The notes under the pieces are model-generated. The model ran no database searches and was not told where the DNA came from. It was given only the letters and a program-made list of their open reading frames with translations. Of a DNA stretch of 64,000 nt, positions 9,046-17,882 are shown one piece after another. This stretch comes from Minisyncoccia bacterium (GTDB taxonomy: Bacteria > Patescibacteriota > Minisyncoccia > Moranbacterales > GCA-2747515). The position numbers and the translations under genes are program-made. The stretch lies in the NCBI GenBank assembly GCA_041738235.1, contig JBGSQF010000004.1, positions 6,215-70,214 of the forward strand, read 5' to 3'. Every line of letters begins with the position of its first letter. The first letter of the stretch is position 1.

Positions 9046-9254
9046 TCTGTTCTTCAACAAGATTGACAAACATCCAGTTTCGTGCTTCACTAGAGAGTTC
9101 TTACTTATAAGAACTCTTTTGTTTTGTAACCGCTCCTTGTCATCTCCTCTTGGATCAAAATGACTTGCTCGAAAAAATCTTTCGGGCCAGTCAAATGGCC
9201 CGAGATATTGATTTTTTCTCGGGGTTCCCCCAACCAAGTTAGGAGAAACTTCCC

Positions 9255-10049
9255 ATGAGCAGACTGCTCGCTATGCTCCTCGTCCTGTCTTCATTTGTCT
9301 CCGGCGCCCATGCCGGATTCGACTGGGGCTCGACGTCGATGCCAAGCTTCCGCGTCCCGACTACCAGTCCCATCCTTTACGGAGCTACAGCGATCCATGA
9401 GGGATCGCCCACCGCAACACTAAAGAGGTATCACCTCAACGGGACAGTCCTCGTGACCACAACCCTTGCGGTTGGCACCTACTCGGGAGGCTCAACCCCT
9501 CCCAGTGGAACCCTCGTAGATGGGGGATCTCGCCTCGGAGGGGTCTATGGCTCCCCCGTCGTTGGGTCCGCTTGGATAACCTCTGCCGTTGGCATTCCCA
9601 ACGGAGGGGTCTACTTTGCCGGCTGGGACTGCACCTCCGCATGGGTGTGCCAGTACGGCATCTATCGCATCCAATGCAGAGATATCGCCTGCACGGGGTA
9701 CACGAGCGTCAAACGAGTCAAGGGGTTCGCCAACCCCGTATCGACACGCACGGCGTGGATTGACCTCCTGGCGCCCTCGTCCAACGGGAATGTCCTTGCC
9801 TTCCGACGGGTGGAACAAGACACGGACGGTGCCAACACCGTGGCCGAGATATGGACGCTAGCAACCAATACCTTGGTCGCCACAAAAACAGCGACAAACC
9901 TCGCCGCAGGAATTCCAATTATCGGTGACCTTCAGATCCTCCCAGGAATGGGGGCGCAGATCACCTTGGTGAAGCCCGCGACCACGGCGCTCCCCCTAGG
10001 ATCGGGAGCACTGTACAAGCCAGGGGTGGGGTGGAAACTAATCCGGTAG
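9255..10049 (+). CDS. Secreted hypothetical protein, beta-rich, very GC-rich gene
   Basis: Signal peptide ending AHA; AGGAGA SD; codon style unlike the rest of the window. Confidence 0.75.
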   Translation: MSRLLAMLLVLSSFVSGAHAGFDWGSTSMPSFRVPTTSPILYGATAIHEGSPTATLKRYHLNGTVLVTTTLAVGTYSGGSTPPSGTLVDGGSRLGGVYGSPVVGSAWITSAVGIPNGGVYFAGWDCTSAWVCQYGIYRIQCRDIACTGYTSVKRVKGFANPVSTRTAWIDLLAPSSNGNVLAFRRVEQDTDGANTVAEIWTLATNTLVATKTATNLAAGIPIIGDLQILPGMGAQITLVKPATTALPLGSGALYKPGVGWKLIR

Positions 10050-10243
10050 CCCCCTTGCCCGCCACAGGAACCTTGCAAAGAGAACTTGCAAGGCTCCTGT
10101 GGACACTTAGAACCTGCCCAAAATATTTCAACTGACAAATGCAAATATTTTTACTTTGAGATATTCTGAACCAGTTTTAAACTATTTGATTTTTCTCCCG
10201 AAGATGTTACCATTTGGATATTCAATCTGCTTTATTTTTCTTT

Positions 10244-10822
10244 GTGAAACCATTTAACCTTTTTATTCTTTCCGGTCCTTCCGGAGCTGGAGAAGATTCT
10301 ATCATTGAAGGACTTAAAAAACACCTCCCCATAGAACGCGTCGTCACTTCCACCACACGAGAACCTCGCACCGGTGAATCGCAAGGAAATCCCTACTATT
10401 TTCTTTCCCGCGAAAACTTTCAACAAAAGATAGATGCGGGAGAAATGGTGGAGTATGCTCAAGAATATAACAACAACTACTACGGGGTGACGAAAACGGA
10501 AATAGAACGTGTTCTGGCCTCTGGAAGGGTCGGCATCTGGAAGATCGAATGGAAAGGCGTGATTACTGCCAAAAAACTGTATCCAAACATCTGTGCCATA
10601 TTTCTTATGACAGAAAGCCTTGAGGTACTCGAACAGCGCATACGACGACGCGATTCGAATATTTCCGAAGAATACATACAAGAACGCATGAACTACACGA
10701 AAGAATGGCTCAAACACGAAGATATTTATGACTACACCGTTATCAACAAAGAAAACCATCTTGAAGAGGCGATCAACGAAGTTAAGGACATCATCCAAAA
10801 AACCTTCGACCGCGCCACTTAA
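10244..10822 (+). CDS. gmk: Guanylate kinase
   Basis: SGPSGAGED P-loop-like motif, TSTTREPRTGE, NYYG; start codon uncertain (GTG 10244 or TTG 10214). Confidence 0.88.
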   Translation: MKPFNLFILSGPSGAGEDSIIEGLKKHLPIERVVTSTTREPRTGESQGNPYYFLSRENFQQKIDAGEMVEYAQEYNNNYYGVTKTEIERVLASGRVGIWKIEWKGVITAKKLYPNICAIFLMTESLEVLEQRIRRRDSNISEEYIQERMNYTKEWLKHEDIYDYTVINKENHLEEAINEVKDIIQKTFDRAT

Positions 10823-11762
10823 ACGTGTTCAGAATTGGGCCCATACGCACAATCTTTGGGTACAAAACGATACAATCCTTGTGGGTATATCCGGAGGACC
10901 TGACAGTGTTTGTCTTCTGCATATCCTTTCCCGTATCGCGAAACGATCAGATCTAACTTTATACGCAACACACGTCAACTATCGTCTGCGCGGAGATGAG
11001 TCGGATGGCGATGAACGATTTGTTCGCGAACTTTGCACAAAACTAGCAATTCCGCTTTTTGTGTATGCTCCAAGGATCCCGAAAAAAAGATCAGAAGATG
11101 TACTACGGGTCTTGCGCTATAAACGATTTGAGATACTTCGTAGGCGACTCGGGTGTTCCGTGGTTGCGGTGGGACATAACAAGAACGACCAAGCAGAGAC
11201 ACTCCTGCTCCATCTTTTTCGAGGATGTGGCGTCAACGGAATGAAAGGTATGAGCCCAAAAAGAAACAGCATTATTCGACCACTCCTTACTCTCACCAGA
11301 AAGGATGTCTTATCCTATCTCAAAGAAAACTCTCTTACTTATAGAAAAGACTCAACAAACAAAACCCTTCTCTACACCAGAAATATCGTCCGACACAAAG
11401 TAATTCCGTTGATCCAAAAAAGTATCCAGCCAAATATTATCAATCTGCTGGCACAAAGCGCTCTACTTTTTTCCGATGAAGCAGAAATTTTAGAATCCCT
11501 AGATCCCCTCCCTTACCAGATCGAAAACGGTATCTATACATTCAGTCAGAAAGGATTTATTCGTCTTTCTCCTTCTCTTCAAAATCGGTTTTTGAGAATG
11601 CTACTCTCCAAATTACAAGATTCCAGCGAAAACATCTCATTTAGGAACATTTACGAAATAAGAAAAGCCCTTAGAAGTAAGAAGAGCAAAGGTCAGCATG
11701 TAACATTCCTCGGCTTGATATACGAAAGAAAGAATGATACAGTGTCTATACGAAAAATCTGA
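10728..11762 (+). CDS. tilS: tRNA(Ile)-lysidine synthetase
   Basis: ISGGPDS PP-loop, HVNYRLR, GHNKNDQAET, IIRPLL, DSTN, RNIVR; start uncertain. Confidence 0.92.
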   Translation: MTTPLSTKKTILKRRSTKLRTSSKKPSTAPLKRVQNWAHTHNLWVQNDTILVGISGGPDSVCLLHILSRIAKRSDLTLYATHVNYRLRGDESDGDERFVRELCTKLAIPLFVYAPRIPKKRSEDVLRVLRYKRFEILRRRLGCSVVAVGHNKNDQAETLLLHLFRGCGVNGMKGMSPKRNSIIRPLLTLTRKDVLSYLKENSLTYRKDSTNKTLLYTRNIVRHKVIPLIQKSIQPNIINLLAQSALLFSDEAEILESLDPLPYQIENGIYTFSQKGFIRLSPSLQNRFLRMLLSKLQDSSENISFRNIYEIRKALRSKKSKGQHVTFLGLIYERKNDTVSIRKI

Positions 11763-11823
11763 AATATAAGAATTTTATCAGCAAGACCCCCCTCTAAATA
11801 AATTACCTCTCTTAAAAACCACT

Positions 11824-13671
11824 ATGGAAAAATTACTTAAGAACCTCTTTTCAATTCTGTCTGTTTTTCTTCTTATTGCAGCAATTCTCATACTCCTACA
11901 ACCAAAGGCGAAGAACCCAGAGAACATTTCACTCAACACACTCGTCAATAATATTAACGACGAGAAAGTTCAAAAAATAACCGTTGATGGAGAAAATCTC
12001 TCCGTGGAGCTCAAAGACAAGACTGAACAAAAGGCCGTAAAGGAAACAGAAAGTTCTCTCACAGAAACACTGGCAAATCTCGGAGCAGATCCAAACAAGC
12101 TACAATCTGTTGAGATCGAAATAAAAGGAATCTCAAGTTTTGCCTTTTGTGCAGGAACCGTTCTCCCATTTCTGCTTCCTGTGATCCTGATCGCTCTTTT
12201 TATCTGGTTTATGTTTCGTCAAGCACAACGAGGAAACTCTCAAGCACTTTCCTTTGGCCTGAGTCGCGCACGCATCATTGACCCCAAGGACAAGCGCAAG
12301 CGAATCACTTTTAAAGATGTTGCTGGAGAAACAGAGGCCAAAGAAGAGCTCATGGAAGTAGTTGAATTCTTAAAAGATCCAAAAAAGTTCCTTATTATGG
12401 GAGCAAAAATCCCAAAGGGAGTCCTTCTCATGGGCCCTCCAGGAACAGGAAAAACACTTCTCGCAAAGGCCGTTGCAGGAGAGGCGGGTGTTCCTTTCTT
12501 TAACATCAGCGGATCAGAATTCGTTGAAATGTTTGTGGGAGTAGGCGCAAGTCGCGTGAGGGACCTTTTTAAGCAGGCAAAGAAACAAGCCCCCGCAATC
12601 GTATTTATTGATGAGATCGATGCCGTGGGTCGTCATCGAGGAGCAGGATTGGGAGGTGGTCATGATGAACGTGAACAAACCCTCAATCAGATACTAGTAG
12701 AAATGGATGGATTCGAAACGGAGACGAACGTTATCGTCTTAGCCTCTACTAACCGTCCAGATGTTTTGGATCCAGCGCTTCTTCGACCAGGACGATTTGA
12801 TCGTCGTGTAACACTTGACCTACCTGATATTGCAGAAAGAGGTCAGATACTAGCTATTCACGCACAAAACAAACCTATCTCCAAAAAAGCAGATATGAAT
12901 GTGATCGCGCAACGAACGCCAGGGTTTTCAGGAGCTGACCTTGCCAATCTTCTGAACGAAGCCTCTATCCTGGCGGCACGAAGAGAAAAAAAGGTGGTTC
13001 GCATGGAGGAGCTCACCGAAGCTATTGAAAAAGTTATTCTTGGGCCCGCAAGAAAAAGTCGAATTATTAATGTCGAAGAAAAAAAGATCGTAGCCTACCA
13101 TGAGGCAGGACATGCGCTCGTTGGAGCATCCCTCCCTAACGCAGATCCGGTACAAAAAGTATCCATTATATCCAGAGGTCATGCAGGCGGATATACCCTT
13201 TCTGTGCCCACTGAAGATCGTCATCTACGGTCCCGCGCATACTATGTTGATGAGTTGGCGGTACTTCTTGGTGGCTACACAAGTGAAAAACTTACATTCG
13301 GTGATATAACGACTGGTGCATCAAATGACCTCGAAAAGGCCACCCATATTGCAAGAAGCATGGTGACCCGTTATGGAATGAGCGATCTTGGACCACGTAC
13401 ATTTGGCAAAAAAGAAGAGCTTGTATTCTTGGGGAGAGAGATTTCCGAAGAACGCGACTACTCCAATGAAACAGCCCAAGCTATTGACAAAGAAGTTTCC
13501 GATCTCATACATGGCGCATTTGAAACCGCCCAAAAGGTCCTCACTGAAAAGAAAGATGTCCTTGCAAAGATCGCGCAGACACTTCTTGAGAAAGAAACTC
13601 TTGAGAAAGACGCTTTTGATGCTATCGTACAGGGAATCGCTGAAAAATCCCCCTCGACCCAAACAGTCTGA
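11824..13671 (+). CDS. ftsH: ATP-dependent zinc metalloprotease FtsH
   Basis: Two TM helices, [28 protein letters not shown]. Confidence 0.98.
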   Translation: MEKLLKNLFSILSVFLLIAAILILLQPKAKNPENISLNTLVNNINDEKVQKITVDGENLSVELKDKTEQKAVKETESSLTETLANLGADPNKLQSVEIEIKGISSFAFCAGTVLPFLLPVILIALFIWFMFRQAQRGNSQALSFGLSRARIIDPKDKRKRITFKDVAGETEAKEELMEVVEFLKDPKKFLIMGAKIPKGVLLMGPPGTGKTLLAKAVAGEAGVPFFNISGSEFVEMFVGVGASRVRDLFKQAKKQAPAIVFIDEIDAVGRHRGAGLGGGHDEREQTLNQILVEMDGFETETNVIVLASTNRPDVLDPALLRPGRFDRRVTLDLPDIAERGQILAIHAQNKPISKKADMNVIAQRTPGFSGADLANLLNEASILAARREKKVVRMEELTEAIEKVILGPARKSRIINVEEKKIVAYHEAGHALVGASLPNADPVQKVSIISRGHAGGYTLSVPTEDRHLRSRAYYVDELAVLLGGYTSEKLTFGDITTGASNDLEKATHIARSMVTRYGMSDLGPRTFGKKEELVFLGREISEERDYSNETAQAIDKEVSDLIHGAFETAQKVLTEKKDVLAKIAQTLLEKETLEKDAFDAIVQGIAEKSPSTQTV

Positions 13672-13682
13672 AGACTGTCACT

Positions 13683-14636
13683 ATGACCAAGACAATCCTA
13701 TCCATTACACAAAAATCACTCTTCTTTCTCCTAAAAAACCCTAGATATCTTTTCTTAGGAATGGTTTTTACTATTGGTAACTGGTTTCCCATCCCCATCC
13801 AATGGGAAAACCAAGACCCAATGAATCCATCCATCGCAGAGATCCCTTTCATCAAGGGACTTTTTTCCCACTTTACATCTCTATCAGATACTTTACTCTT
13901 TATCTTTCTCACCGTTTTTTTCTTCTGGATAGGCAAAATAATACTCCTCTCACTTCTCTACCTTAGTGTCTACTCAAAACAAAAGAAGGGAGGAGAAATG
14001 CCAATCCTAAAAATAGTAGGGGTGGCTTTGGTCACGCTGCCTGCTATCATAGTATTACACATACTACTAAGCCTATCATTGCTTGTCTTATTTTTCTTTC
14101 TTGGGCTTCCGGTTGCATCTCTTCTCAGTGCAGGATCTCTTTACACTGGTGGGTTTCTTGGCGCTCTTGCAATCGTTATTTTCATCTCCGTATCCATCAC
14201 CGCCTTCGGCATATTTTTATTCTCACATTTCTTCATCCTCTTTAGCCGACTTTCCCTCAAAAACTCCCTTGACACAAGCGCTCGCCTCTACCAAAGAAAG
14301 GGAAAGGTATCGGTATTCTTTCTCCTCTTCTTTCTTATAATATTTCTCCTTCTACAAACCCTTATAGCACTACTTCCCGGATTCTACTTCTCTGAAGATT
14401 CACTGGTGCCTTTGTATGCACAATTACCAGTGCTTGTTAATATCATCGGTTTTATTATTTCCTTTTTTCTCCTCGCTCTTTACTTTACACTCCTCCCAAC
14501 CGCATCAGTGCTCTTCTTTTTGCATATTGCCAAACAGCCCCCCCAAAAAAAATCAGCCGCTAACGTAGTGGATCCCGCGCTTGCCCCACTCTTTAGAAAA
14601 GGATCAGAAACACTCCGAGGCGTAGAAGAAGATTGA
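13683..14636 (+). CDS. Multi-pass membrane protein, unknown function
   Basis: 317-aa ORF with about six hydrophobic helices directly after ftsH. Confidence 0.75.
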   Translation: MTKTILSITQKSLFFLLKNPRYLFLGMVFTIGNWFPIPIQWENQDPMNPSIAEIPFIKGLFSHFTSLSDTLLFIFLTVFFFWIGKIILLSLLYLSVYSKQKKGGEMPILKIVGVALVTLPAIIVLHILLSLSLLVLFFFLGLPVASLLSAGSLYTGGFLGALAIVIFISVSITAFGIFLFSHFFILFSRLSLKNSLDTSARLYQRKGKVSVFFLLFFLIIFLLLQTLIALLPGFYFSEDSLVPLYAQLPVLVNIIGFIISFFLLALYFTLLPTASVLFFLHIAKQPPQKKSAANVVDPALAPLFRKGSETLRGVEED

Positions 14637-14689
14637 TATTGCTTGCGCCGCCTGCTACATTCATGTTAGGATACCCCTGAACGAATCAC

Positions 14690-14766
14690 GGGTGTATAGC
14701 TCAGTTGGTTAGAGCGCCACATTGACATTGTGGAGGTCTCTGGTTCGAGTCCAGATATACCCACCA
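14690..14766 (+). tRNA. tRNA-Val(GAC)
   Basis: GGGTGTA/TATACCC acceptor, CCACA-TTGACAT-TGTGG, GGTTCGAGTCC, encoded CCA. Confidence 0.95.
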
Positions 14767-14821
14767 AAAAACTACCCTGTAAGGAGGTAGTTTTATTTTT
14801 TTACCCTTGGTTAAAGTATTT

Positions 14822-15838
14822 TTAATTTGTACCCAACGTCCATTTGTAAACCGTATTACTTGCCGCATTGGTAAGATCACTACTAATGCGTTGTACCGGA
14901 ATAAATTCAGCAGCAGGCCCCAACTGACTCGTAACAGAACTAATTCCTTCATTGATCTTACTCTTAACCTCAGACTGTACCCGAGCCATCCCCTGTTGGA
15001 GCGCTTGTTGTAGCAAGCTATTTACAAAGGTTGAGGCTGTCATAGTTGCTATCTCAGCGGGATTTTTTGCTGACAAGGGAAGTCCTAATAAGTGACTGTT
15101 CATAGCAGCCTGAATTTGTCCAACTGTTGATCCTGGCGTAAGTGTATTCCCCGACTTATCCGTCACACCCTTATACCCCTGGTATGCAACTGCCTGAGTT
15201 TTAGCTATCTCTTGCTGTTTTTGTAACTCTGCCGCGTACACCCTTTGTGTCTCCAGAGCATATCCGTAAGGATTGTTCATGGGATTCTTGAAATACTCTC
15301 GAAAACAACGAGCGTCTGATGTTGAAAACATTGTTGATGGATCCGAGCAATACTTATCCAACGAATACGTCTTAGTTTCATCAGAGATGGTATTTTCTGC
15401 CTTCTTTTTCAAATACCCGGTCCAGCTTGTTGTAGAGGATGTGGACGTTGAACCAGTTGCCGACACATAGGTCGAACTGCTTGCCATACCCCTGAGACTG
15501 GTTGTGTAAAAGTCGTTGATAGTTATTTTTACTTTATTTTTGACATCCGCGTACAGAAATGATTCCCAATTCGTTATAAACTGGGTAGCAGCACTACTAG
15601 ACAGACCGTTTCCCGATATGATCGAGCTAATCTGACTCGATATCGTCTGATAGGCAGCTATTTTTAACGATCCAAGAAGAGTTCCTTGAATATAATCATA
15701 GGCATTTTCAAGTTGTTGTTTTACAAAACCGGCTATAAGCGATGCTCCCCAGTAATCAGCGTTTGCCGCTTTTATTGGAGTAAAAAGTAGCATTACCACG
15801 AAAATAACTCCCACTATTGTTTTTTTTCTGTTTTGCAT
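14822..15838 (-). CDS. Secreted helical hypothetical protein
   Basis: Signal peptide (…IKAANA); motifs FITNW, NNPYG, QGYKG, TPG. Confidence 0.8.
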   Translation of the reverse strand: MQNRKKTIVGVIFVVMLLFTPIKAANADYWGASLIAGFVKQQLENAYDYIQGTLLGSLKIAAYQTISSQISSIISGNGLSSSAATQFITNWESFLYADVKNKVKITINDFYTTSLRGMASSSTYVSATGSTSTSSTTSWTGYLKKKAENTISDETKTYSLDKYCSDPSTMFSTSDARCFREYFKNPMNNPYGYALETQRVYAAELQKQQEIAKTQAVAYQGYKGVTDKSGNTLTPGSTVGQIQAAMNSHLLGLPLSAKNPAEIATMTASTFVNSLLQQALQQGMARVQSEVKSKINEGISSVTSQLGPAAEFIPVQRISSDLTNAASNTVYKWTLGTN

Positions 15839-15845
15839 AAACACC

Positions 15846-16820
15846 TCAATTCGAAAAGTAAATAGAAGCATCATCAAGCCCGATCTCGTTGAGCCGGCTC
15901 TCTATGTCAGTAAAAAACTCTTGAGCAGAAACGATAAGCCCTTGTGCTAAAGCCAAGTTTGAGATACTCTCCAACGGGTCTCCCGACTCGGTCTTTATGT
16001 TGTTTTTTATTCCCTGGGCATAATTGGCAAATTGTATACCACGAATGTGCACATCCACAAACGTTTCAGGAACCTCTATATCATACAATTGTTCAACAGC
16101 CTTCTTCCCTGACTCAGATATCTTATCAATATCACCGAAATTTCCGGAAGAAAACGAGGTTATCATATTTGACACTAAACCTTCTGCAGCGATCTTTGGG
16201 TCGTCTTTATTACCGTCCGTTATTTGAGGAAATTGAACTGCAAAAACATATAGAACAGCTGATATATACTCTCGAGCGTCTTGTTTTATTTTCTCCTTTC
16301 GCTCATCATCAGATAACTTTTTATATGCTTGGTCTTTGATCTTTATCTTGCTCGTGTCAATATCCGGAAGTGCTGGAGCTTGGATGCTTTTTTCAACGGA
16401 ATCCTGAACAATACGATCAACATCGGCAAGCGTAACACTCTCTCCCTCGCCCATGTTCGCAGCCATGATCCCAGCTAACTGTGTGGCCGCTCCCTCCGTA
16501 AGGTCAGTATTTTCCTTCGCGGTCTGAGTTGTAACATTACCAGATTTTTGCACAAGCTTGTCTCCTGGAGCCGGTTTTAGAGGGTCATATCCACCGCTTA
16601 TCTCGGTATAATCAGAATATCCATCCCCATCAGTATCTGCCTTGTATGGATCTGTCCCATAGGCCATCTCTTCATCATTACTAAGTCCATCTTGATCAAA
16701 ATCCAAGAAAAGGTTTTTCCCACTGTTAGAAGATTCTTGAGCGCGCCCCACAAACACAAAAGCAAATAGAACAAAAATTCCAAGAAGAGCTGCGACTTTG
16801 TGGAAAAAAGAAAGTTTCAT
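15846..16820 (-). CDS. Exported protein with Ca-binding thrombospondin type-3-like repeats
   Basis: Signal/TM helix; DFDQDGLSNDEE…GTDPYKADTDGDGYSD. Confidence 0.8.
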   Translation of the reverse strand: MKLSFFHKVAALLGIFVLFAFVFVGRAQESSNSGKNLFLDFDQDGLSNDEEMAYGTDPYKADTDGDGYSDYTEISGGYDPLKPAPGDKLVQKSGNVTTQTAKENTDLTEGAATQLAGIMAANMGEGESVTLADVDRIVQDSVEKSIQAPALPDIDTSKIKIKDQAYKKLSDDERKEKIKQDAREYISAVLYVFAVQFPQITDGNKDDPKIAAEGLVSNMITSFSSGNFGDIDKISESGKKAVEQLYDIEVPETFVDVHIRGIQFANYAQGIKNNIKTESGDPLESISNLALAQGLIVSAQEFFTDIESRLNEIGLDDASIYFSN

Positions 16821-16934
16821 ATGAAGTGAGTATACCACATTTTTAAAATCAAGAAAACACTCTTATTCACAGAATGTTTCCTTTGCTCCGTCAACATTCT
16901 CTAGTTACAAATCTATATGATATACTAGCCCTAT

Positions 16935-17849
16935 ATGAACATAGAACCTCTTTTCAAAGAATTCCTTGATTTTCTTGAACTTGAGAAAGGAAGAAGTCAA
17001 CTCACCCTTCGCAACTACTCTCATTCACTGCACGACTTTTTTCTTTCTACAAAAATACGAAGGGTATCAGACATCACCGTTTCTTCTATTACCCAATATC
17101 GAAAGGACCTCCACCGAAGGAAAAATCGCGATGGCGAACCCCTTGCCCTTTCTACACAAAGCTACGCCATTATCGCGATCCGAAGCTTCCTTAAATTTCT
17201 TGCATTCCGGGACATACCAGCCCTTTCTGTCGAGAAGCTCTCTGTCCCAAAGGTCCCCGAGCATGACGTAGAATTCCTCACCACCCCTGAAATGGAGCGC
17301 CTTCTCGATCAGCCCAACAAAAACACCCTGAAATCCCATAGAGACAAGGCTATCCTAGAACTCCTCTTCTCGGCGGGCCTCCGCGTTTCAGAGATCACCT
17401 CTCTCAACCGTGATCAGATCAATACAAAAACACAGGAATTGCGTGTTCGCGGAAAAGGCGGGAAAGTGCGAATCGTATTTGTTTCTGATACTGCCCGAAA
17501 AGCCATACACGAATACCTTGAAAAACGCACTGACATAGACGAAGCCTTATTTGTCCGACTCCCCTCAAAGGCAAATATCAAAAAGGACGGATCGCTCCGC
17601 CTTACCCCACGCTCCATCCAACGCCTGGTCAAAGACTACGCTGTTTCAGCCGGTATTGTAAAGGATGTCCATCCACACACACTTAGACACAGCTTTGCCA
17701 CCGATCTCCTTAAAAACGGCGCTGACATACGGAGTGTCCAAACACTTCTCGGCCATTCCTCTATAACCACCACACAGATCTATACTCACATAACTAACGA
17801 ACGCCTCCGGGAAGTGCATAAAAAGTTTCACCGAAAAAATCCTCAATAA
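16935..17849 (+). CDS. XerC/XerD-family tyrosine recombinase
   Basis: AGLRVSE, VRGKGGKVR, HPHTLRHSFATDLL, LLGHSSITTTQIY. Confidence 0.93.
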   Translation: MNIEPLFKEFLDFLELEKGRSQLTLRNYSHSLHDFFLSTKIRRVSDITVSSITQYRKDLHRRKNRDGEPLALSTQSYAIIAIRSFLKFLAFRDIPALSVEKLSVPKVPEHDVEFLTTPEMERLLDQPNKNTLKSHRDKAILELLFSAGLRVSEITSLNRDQINTKTQELRVRGKGGKVRIVFVSDTARKAIHEYLEKRTDIDEALFVRLPSKANIKKDGSLRLTPRSIQRLVKDYAVSAGIVKDVHPHTLRHSFATDLLKNGADIRSVQTLLGHSSITTTQIYTHITNERLREVHKKFHRKNPQ

Positions 17850-17882
17850 TGAGGATTTTTTACTACCGATCCACAACTCCTT

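Noticed and set aside
16935-17849. Prophage or island integrase
   Set aside because: Length and motifs fit housekeeping XerC/D; I found no phage genes and no duplication of the tRNA-Val 3' end nearby.
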